Both the position numbers and the translations under genes were made by a program. From Myxococcota bacterium (GTDB lineage Bacteria > Myxococcota_A > SURF-8), in contig CAXXQS010000003.1 of NCBI GenBank assembly GCA_963674735.2, positions 96,001 through 160,000 on the forward strand: DNA of 64,000 nucleotides, read 5' to 3'. Of this stretch, positions 57,884 to 64,000 are shown piece by piece (the stretch's first letter is position 1; each line of letters starts with the position of its first letter). Under the pieces are notes generated by a model. The model did no database searches. It was not told where the DNA came from and saw only the letters and a list, made by a program, of their open reading frames with translations.

Positions 57884-59407
57884 TTAAAACACATACCGGA
57901 ACGAAACGCTGGTCAGGATGATCCAACCCTTCATCTTGTAACCGGGATAACCCGGGTTGTTGGTCTGCAGTCCCTGCGCTTCCGCGATGGGCAAATCGCC
58001 GATGATCGTGGTGGTGTCGTCGGCGAATTCGTCCACGATCAGGCTGGGATCCTTGTAAACGGTGCGTGGGATCATGTGCCAGAACTGCATGGCGAAATCG
58101 AAGCCGAATTTCTTTTCGAACAGGGTGAAGTCGAGTTTGTGGCCCAAAGACGCCATCAGGGTGTCCGAATCGGCGTAGTTGGTGCGGCCCACCTGGGCGG
58201 GAACCGGCGACTGCTGATAGCCGAAACCGGTCATGATTTCACCACTGAGGGCTTCGTTCGAATAGTAGAGATACTGTCCGCTCCAGGCGAGGGAGACGGT
58301 ATCTTTGAATTTGAATTGGCTGTCGTTGCCCACCAGCGGATCGTCGTAATAGGGGGAAGTGGGGAAATGCGCCGCCGCTTCCGGCTTTTGATCGTGGTGG
58401 TCGTGATAGAAATGCCACATGTTCCAGGTGGCGGTCAACTGACTGGTGACGCCCCATTTCTTGAAGCCGATCGATCCGGCGAATTCCATGGGCTCGTAAT
58501 CGACGATCAGGGTGATTTTCTGGACGGCGCGTTTGGGAATGGTGTATTCGTTGCTGCTCTCGTGGAACTGCCACAGGCTCATCATGCCGCCGCCGTCCAC
58601 CTTCATATAAGACCAATGCCGCCAGGCGACGCCCAGGCCCAGCCAGTCGAGCGGTTCCGCCTGGATACCCACGATGGGCTTGATGGCCAGGGCCACTTCG
58701 CTTTTGCTGTTCATCAGCGAGTAATCTTGCACCGAGGCATCGGGCATGTAGATATCCATTTTGGCCACGGTGGACATCCCCAGCTTGACCGAGATGCCGA
58801 AGGACAAAAAGTCCCAGGGCGCGTAGGAGACGCCCAGCAGGCCGTCGAGCACCTTGGCCCATTCGCCGAAACGATTGAAATGCACCTGGTTGCTGAAATG
58901 CTGGTCGTTTTCATTGAAGAAATGCGACTGGAACGAGGCGATGTTGAGCGAGTCGATGGGAATCAGCATGATGTTGGCGAAACGGAAACCCTCGAAAAAC
59001 TCGATGGACGTTCCGAAACCCACATAGGCATACGGATCGTTGACTTTCGTATTGCGGCGTTTATTCAACAACTCGACGGTGGGGAGCGCCAGATCCTGCT
59101 GATCGGGCTCGTTACCCATGCGGGAGCTGTAGATCGAAATCGGCACGTCGGTCAGGGGCGATTTGTCGAACAAGTTGATTTCCAGGTTCGGCACCCACAC
59201 GGAAACCCCGATTTCGGCGGTGGCCGGAAAACGCGACAAAAGCGCGGGGTTGGTATAGAGAACGCCCAGACTGCTGCCGTATGTCACGTTGGCGTTGGCG
59301 GTTGCCATCGTTCCGGTGTCATAACCCAGGGAACGGAAAGGGCTCGCCCAGGCCGCGATTGGCAAACAGATCGCCAAAACGGCGAGGGAAACGGATCGTC
59401 GCCACAT
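57884..59407 (-). CDS. FadL/OmpP1-like outer-membrane transporter
   Basis: Signal peptide, YTNPALL hatch motif, QSPVPAQVGRTNYAD, C-terminal SFRYVF. Confidence 0.8.
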   Translation of the reverse strand: MWRRSVSLAVLAICLPIAAWASPFRSLGYDTGTMATANANVTYGSSLGVLYTNPALLSRFPATAEIGVSVWVPNLEINLFDKSPLTDVPISIYSSRMGNEPDQQDLALPTVELLNKRRNTKVNDPYAYVGFGTSIEFFEGFRFANIMLIPIDSLNIASFQSHFFNENDQHFSNQVHFNRFGEWAKVLDGLLGVSYAPWDFLSFGISVKLGMSTVAKMDIYMPDASVQDYSLMNSKSEVALAIKPIVGIQAEPLDWLGLGVAWRHWSYMKVDGGGMMSLWQFHESSNEYTIPKRAVQKITLIVDYEPMEFAGSIGFKKWGVTSQLTATWNMWHFYHDHHDQKPEAAAHFPTSPYYDDPLVGNDSQFKFKDTVSLAWSGQYLYYSNEALSGEIMTGFGYQQSPVPAQVGRTNYADSDTLMASLGHKLDFTLFEKKFGFDFAMQFWHMIPRTVYKDPSLIVDEFADDTTTIIGDLPIAEAQGLQTNNPGYPGYKMKGWIILTSVSFRYVF

Positions 59408-59626
59408 TGTTCTCCTACTCACTACAACCTCCTTCTACCGAACGAGAATGGCTTGAATGGCCGGATTCCACGAATCGCGGAAATGCCGGTTTTCATATGG
59501 GTATTGTCGTTTATCGAAGACAGCATCCTGCACCCGGCTTGCACCGGTTAACGTTAGCCGTTTATGCTTACACCAAGATGCCCAAAGGTTCCATGATTTT
59601 TTCGGGAGAATGTCATTTGGTGGAAT

Positions 59627-60670
59627 TCAGACAAGCGACGCCACGCGAACCGAGCGATTTTCGGCCAGGGAACGCCGAACGGCATCGTTGACGGCGATGG
59701 CCCGCAAGGCACCCGTCAGATCGAAGCGGGAAGGGACGCGGCGCTCCAGGTGTTCCAGAATATGGACGCGCAAGGCCCGTTCCTGTTGTTCCGGCGAATA
59801 CTCGGCCCGATCGTCCCAAACCGTTACGATATCCTTGCGTTTCAGACGTATTTTGGGTGCTTCGACCAGGCAGCTGTCGAGGTTGCGCAGCCACAGAATG
59901 CCATCCGTGCCGGTGATTTCCAGGCTGTGGTCGCCGCCTGCGGCTGTCGGGAGTTGGGGCGAGTAGACGGCTTCATGCACGCCGTAACGTCCGGCCTCTT
60001 TGAATCGCAGCGCCAGCATGCGGCGACCCGCTCCGCCATAGGCGAAGAGTTTGTCGATGGGCCCCATCAAATGCTCGATCAACGCCGCCTTGTCGAAGGG
60101 GGGCAGCATGCATATTTCAATGGCGGGATCGTTCAATGTTTCAGTAAAATCGGCCATGTTCGTGTCAAGCTGTGAGCCGATATGGGATTTCACGCGGATA
60201 TGCTGGATTTCACCGACTTGCCCGTCACGCAGCAGTTCCCGTGTTTGATCGGTAAAGGGGTGAAATAACCAGGGATCCAGCAGATAGGCTCGGGTGTCGA
60301 ACCGCGCGAAGACCCGGCGCAGGCGGTCGGCTTCATCCAGCGACACGGCGAAGGGTTTGGGGAAGATGATCGGGATGCCCGCCTTGGCGATGCGTTCGCA
60401 GATGTCGAGAGACGGCATGGACAGCCGGTGCAGTTCCACCGCCTGCGGAGCGGCCGTTTCGATCAAGGCGTCGATCGTCGGATAAACGGGAACCGCTTCA
60501 TCGGCCGGGTCGCCGAGACCGCTATTTGGCTGAAAATCGCCATTCGGGGACACGCGGCCCACCCAGTCGACGGTTTCCAGGTCGGCATAGACGCGGCAGG
60601 CGCGCTCGGCGGCGGGGCCATGGCCGATAACGGCGACGCGCAGAGGCGTTGGGCTTGGGTTTTCTAGCAT
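59627..60670 (-). CDS. Gfo/Idh/MocA-like oxidoreductase, degenerate
   Basis: VAVIGHG, PKPFA (normally EKP), LEITGTDGILW. Confidence 0.65.
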   Translation of the reverse strand: MLENPSPTPLRVAVIGHGPAAERACRVYADLETVDWVGRVSPNGDFQPNSGLGDPADEAVPVYPTIDALIETAAPQAVELHRLSMPSLDICERIAKAGIPIIFPKPFAVSLDEADRLRRVFARFDTRAYLLDPWLFHPFTDQTRELLRDGQVGEIQHIRVKSHIGSQLDTNMADFTETLNDPAIEICMLPPFDKAALIEHLMGPIDKLFAYGGAGRRMLALRFKEAGRYGVHEAVYSPQLPTAAGGDHSLEITGTDGILWLRNLDSCLVEAPKIRLKRKDIVTVWDDRAEYSPEQQERALRVHILEHLERRVPSRFDLTGALRAIAVNDAVRRSLAENRSVRVASLV

Positions 60671-60680
60671 GGGTATGTCC

Positions 60681-60950
60681 TCACCGCAAGGCGCCGCGTA
60701 TCAGCGCTTTGAACTGATGTCGCCGCGCGTCGGTGACCATCCGCCGGGCTAAGCGGGCCGAGTGTGGATTGGAGAAAATTCGCAGGACATCGCGGAGCAC
60801 GGTAGCGCGGAAATCCTTCGGGTTGCGTTTGACGATCATCCGGCGCAGACGCGAAAGGACGGCGATAAACAGCCGGTCGGGCAGCAGCACCAGCAGACGC
60901 GCCAACCAATAAATGATTTCGGACATACATTCGGTCATCCAGCGTTTCAT
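60681..60950 (-). CDS. Small basic hypothetical protein (89 aa)
   Basis: Fills the gap between the two Gfo genes on the same strand; MKRWMTECMSEIIYWLARLL... Confidence 0.5.
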   Translation of the reverse strand: MKRWMTECMSEIIYWLARLLVLLPDRLFIAVLSRLRRMIVKRNPKDFRATVLRDVLRIFSNPHSARLARRMVTDARRHQFKALIRGALR

Positions 60951-60952
60951 GC

Positions 60953-62011
60953 CTACTCGTCGATTTCTTCCGGGCGCAGTTCGCGCCCTTCCTTCGCCGA
61001 ACGAATCGCGGCGAAGCAGAATTGTTGAACGTCGAGCGCCTGTTCGCCCGTGAGCAGCGGCTCGCGGTCGTGGCGGATGCAATCGATGAAATGGCGGGTC
61101 GAATCGACGAAGCTGTCCTGCCAATCGGCCCGCAGATTTTCAAACGCGGTGGTTTGTCCGTCGCGATGCAGGATCACCGCCGCTTCGTCGAGCAACTGCC
61201 CCGTGCAGCGCGTAATCCAGATAACCCCTGCATCTCCGGTTAGTTCCACCCGCTCGTCGGCGGAATAATACTTGGATTTGATGTTCAGATGCGGCGAGAA
61301 GGTGGCGTCGATACAGCCCAGCACGCCGTTTTTGGCGGTCCAGGTGACGATGGCCGGGGAGTCGATCAGGGCGAAAGACCGGTCGATCCAGGCGAAGACA
61401 CGCTCCACCTCGCCCCCGAAATACACGCCGATGGAGAATTTATGGTAGCCGTCGTCGAAAATGGTGGGACCGCCGCCTTTTTCCGTTTCGGCCAGACGCC
61501 ACAGCCAGGTGTCGAGCGGGACATACCAGCCGCCCGTGCCGCCCGCGCCGAGCCGGATACGGATCGAACGCAGGGTGCCGATAGAGCCGTCCGCGATCAG
61601 TTCCTTGGCTTTGTGATAGGGCGGATAAAAGACGAAATTCTCGATCACCTTGAATTTCACCCCGGCCGCACGGGTGGCCGCGATCATCTCGCGGCATTCA
61701 CGGATGGACATGCCCATGGGCTTTTGCAGCTGGATGTGTTTTCCGGCGGCGGCCGCTTCCAGTACCATGGGATGGTGCAGCGGGTGCGGCGTGTTGATTT
61801 CCACCATGTCGATTTCGGGATCGGCCAGCACCGCGTGGTAGTCGGTGCTCCAGTTGCGCGTCTTCCATTCTTTCTGTCGTGCGCGCGCCGAGGCTTCGTC
61901 GTTCGTGCACACCGTGACCAGCTCGGCCTCCGGAAAATTCCGATAGGCGGGATAGTGCAGATCAGCGATGCGCCCCGCCCCGATCATGGCAACTTTTACA
62001 GGTTTGTTCAT
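60953..62011 (-). CDS. Gfo/Idh/MocA family oxidoreductase
   Basis: IGAGRIA, TPHPLH, QKPM, FDDGYH. Confidence 0.9.
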   Translation of the reverse strand: MNKPVKVAMIGAGRIADLHYPAYRNFPEAELVTVCTNDEASARARQKEWKTRNWSTDYHAVLADPEIDMVEINTPHPLHHPMVLEAAAAGKHIQLQKPMGMSIRECREMIAATRAAGVKFKVIENFVFYPPYHKAKELIADGSIGTLRSIRIRLGAGGTGGWYVPLDTWLWRLAETEKGGGPTIFDDGYHKFSIGVYFGGEVERVFAWIDRSFALIDSPAIVTWTAKNGVLGCIDATFSPHLNIKSKYYSADERVELTGDAGVIWITRCTGQLLDEAAVILHRDGQTTAFENLRADWQDSFVDSTRHFIDCIRHDREPLLTGEQALDVQQFCFAAIRSAKEGRELRPEEIDE

Positions 62012-62172
62012 CGAGTGCTTCCTAAGCTGACGTTAAGGGATTATTCGAATCGAAGCCGCTGAAGTCAAGGAAAAAGACTTTTGGCAGAAGCGGTATTATG
62101 GTATATCAAGCCGCGGCTTACGCTTGCGCAAGCCGGATGTGGGTCACTCGATAAGCAAGGAGGACTCTGGCC

Positions 62173-62997
62173 GTGACGACCGTCAATCTCGGCGAACTCG
62201 AACGCCGCGCCAAACAGATCCGGCGGCGTATCATCCGCCTGACCGGCACCAAGGGGATGGGCCACACGGGCGGCTCCCTCTCGATGGTGGAGATCCTGAC
62301 CGCTCTATACTTCCATACCTTGCGGGTGGATTCCGACAATCCCCGCTGGTCCGACCGCGACCGCTTCATTCTGTCCAAGGGCCACGCCACGCCCGGTTTT
62401 TACAGCGCCTTGTGCGAACGCGGTTTCTTCAGCGAGGCGGAGTTACTGGAAGGCTACGATGAAATCGACTGCTGTTTCCAGGGACACCCCGACATGAACA
62501 AAACGCCCGGAGTGGATATGTCGTCCGGCTCCCTGGGACAAGGCCTGTCGGTGGGGATCGGAGTCGCGCTGGGCATGGAACGCCGCTCGCTCGATGCCCG
62601 CATGGTCGTTTTGATGGGCGATGGCGAATTGCAGGAAGGCCAGGTGTGGGAAGCCGTGATGTTCGCCGGGCTGCGCAAGGTGAAACGGCTGATCGCCATT
62701 GTGGATAACAATCGTCTGCAACTCACCGCCCCGACGCCGTCAATTCTGGATTTGAACCCCATCGGGGAGAAGGTCGCGCCCTTCGGCTGGACCACACTGG
62801 AATGCGACGGGCACGACCTCGAGGCCTTGACCGCCTGTCTGGACGACGCCCGCCGTTTGTCCGCCGACGGGCCGGTGTGGCTGGTGGCGAACACGATCAA
62901 GGGCAAAGGCGTCAGCTTCATCGAAAATCGGGTGGAGTGGCATTCGAAAGCTCCGAGCGCCGACGAAATGGTGCGCGCGCTTGAGGAACTGGAGTAA
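62173..62997 (+). CDS. Transketolase, N-terminal subunit
   Basis: GHTGGSLS, DRFILSKGH, QGHP, GSLGQG, GDGELQEG, KGKG. Confidence 0.93.
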   Translation: MTTVNLGELERRAKQIRRRIIRLTGTKGMGHTGGSLSMVEILTALYFHTLRVDSDNPRWSDRDRFILSKGHATPGFYSALCERGFFSEAELLEGYDEIDCCFQGHPDMNKTPGVDMSSGSLGQGLSVGIGVALGMERRSLDARMVVLMGDGELQEGQVWEAVMFAGLRKVKRLIAIVDNNRLQLTAPTPSILDLNPIGEKVAPFGWTTLECDGHDLEALTACLDDARRLSADGPVWLVANTIKGKGVSFIENRVEWHSKAPSADEMVRALEELE

Positions 62998-63000
62998 GGC

Positions 63001-63942
63001 ATGGCTGAATCGACGATGATCGCCCCGCGCAAGGCCTTCGGCGACGCCCTGGTCGAATATGCCGAGGCGTTTCCCGAGTTGCTGGTGCTGGATGCCGACG
63101 TGGGTACGTCCACCATGACCAGCTTGTTTCACAAACACTACCCCGACCGTTTTTACGAAGTGGGGATTGCCGAAGCCAATATGATGGGTATGGCGGCGGG
63201 GCTGGCGCTGATGGGCTATACGCCCTTCGTGTCCACCTTCGCCGTGTTCGTGACCAAACGGGCGCTCGACCAGGTGAGCATTTCCATCGCCTATCCCGAA
63301 TTGAATGTGAAGCTCAACGGCAGCTACGCCGGGATTCCCACCGGACGCGCCGGGGCCACCCATCAATCGGTGGAAGATGTCGCCGTGATGCGTGCGATTC
63401 CCAATATGAAGGTGCTGGTTCCGGCGGATGCCTGCGAGACCCGGCTGGCCGTCAAGCTGGCGCTGGAAACGCCCGGCCCGGTGTATCTGTCCACCGTGCG
63501 CTGCGAGGTGCCGACGCTCTTCGATGCCGGGCATACGCTCGAATGGGGCCGCGCGGTGACCTTGAAAGAGGGATCCGACCTCACCTTGATCGGCTGCGGC
63601 ATGATGACCGCCAAGGCCTTGGAGGCCGCCCGCCAGCTCGAAAACGAGGGACTAAACGCCCGCGTCTTGCACATGCCCAGCATCAAGCCGCTGGACGAAC
63701 GGGCCATCGTGGCCGCCGCGCGGGAAACGGGCCGCATCATCACGGTGGAAAATCACAGCGTGATCGGCGGACTCGGCGGGGCGGTGGCGGAAACGCTGAC
63801 GGAGCAAGCCCCTTGCCGTCAACTACGTCTGGGCTTCCCCGACACTTTCGGCGAGTCGGGGGACGACGAAGCGATTTTCAGCAAGTTCGGTTGCAATACG
63901 GAAAACATCATCGCGGCGGCGCGTCGCCTGATGAATGAATAG
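63001..63942 (+). CDS. Transketolase, C-terminal subunit
   Basis: VGIAEANM, GATHQ, SIKPLD, ENHSVIGGLG. Confidence 0.93.
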   Translation: MAESTMIAPRKAFGDALVEYAEAFPELLVLDADVGTSTMTSLFHKHYPDRFYEVGIAEANMMGMAAGLALMGYTPFVSTFAVFVTKRALDQVSISIAYPELNVKLNGSYAGIPTGRAGATHQSVEDVAVMRAIPNMKVLVPADACETRLAVKLALETPGPVYLSTVRCEVPTLFDAGHTLEWGRAVTLKEGSDLTLIGCGMMTAKALEAARQLENEGLNARVLHMPSIKPLDERAIVAAARETGRIITVENHSVIGGLGGAVAETLTEQAPCRQLRLGFPDTFGESGDDEAIFSKFGCNTENIIAAARRLMNE

Positions 63943-64000
63943 CAGCGGCGATCGTCGCAACGGATATCCGGCGCGGATACGCGCGAAGAAGGAGGATGGC

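Noticed and set aside
54351-59551. Long plus-strand ORFs (666, 558 and 566 aa)
   Set aside because: Antisense shadows of GH31, the lipoprotein and FadL in GC-rich DNA; no motifs. The same applies to 14089-15171, 16753-17973, 37733-39067, 44216-45418 and 50533-51945.
63935-64000. Start of the next gene at the window edge
   Set aside because: Too little sequence; only a possible RBS and ATG are visible.

Overview
Bacterial chromosome segment, gene-dense, with no rRNA, tRNA, CRISPR array or intact mobile element seen. Gene content (Hmc/Tmc complex, glycyl radical enzyme, FhlA-like sigma54 activator, acidic and Cys-rich lipoproteins) suggests an anaerobic deltaproteobacterial-type organism (Desulfobacterota/Myxococcota-like); this taxonomy is inference. 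From left to right: (1) partial spinster-like MFS and an ILVBL/HACL-like TPP enzyme, divergent from an atypical C45/Ntn-hydrolase lipoprotein with a large Cys-repeat insertion and an outer-membrane barrel; (2) an HpnA-like SDR divergent from a glycyl radical enzyme that has no activase in the window, then a DUF218 lipoprotein; (3) a hybrid tmcD-tmcC-tmcB-hmcA(16 hemes)-hmcB-hmcC-hmcD operon headed by an HTH/Cys-cluster regulator and followed by two stand-alone receivers; (4) double MerR plus B12-radical SAM; (5) a sigma54 regulon with three -24/-12 promoters: START protein, ceramide-glucosyltransferase-like GT, pseudo-receiver, small protein, TolC/MFP/RND and the activator; (6) OmpR-type two-component system, a candidate small transcript, a His-rich MacB-type ABC, orphan DUF6788, GIY-YIG, phytol/dolichol-kinase-like protein, Cys-rich lipoprotein and a palindromic REP-like element; (7) a TetR-controlled liu/atu-like carboxylation operon with a beta-keto-acid cleavage enzyme instead of HMG-CoA lyase; (8) beta-propeller glycosidase, GH31, Cys-rich lipoprotein, FadL, two Gfo/Idh/MocA proteins and a split transketolase. 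A recurring theme is lipid or glycolipid handling. All family calls come from motif recognition; no searches were run.
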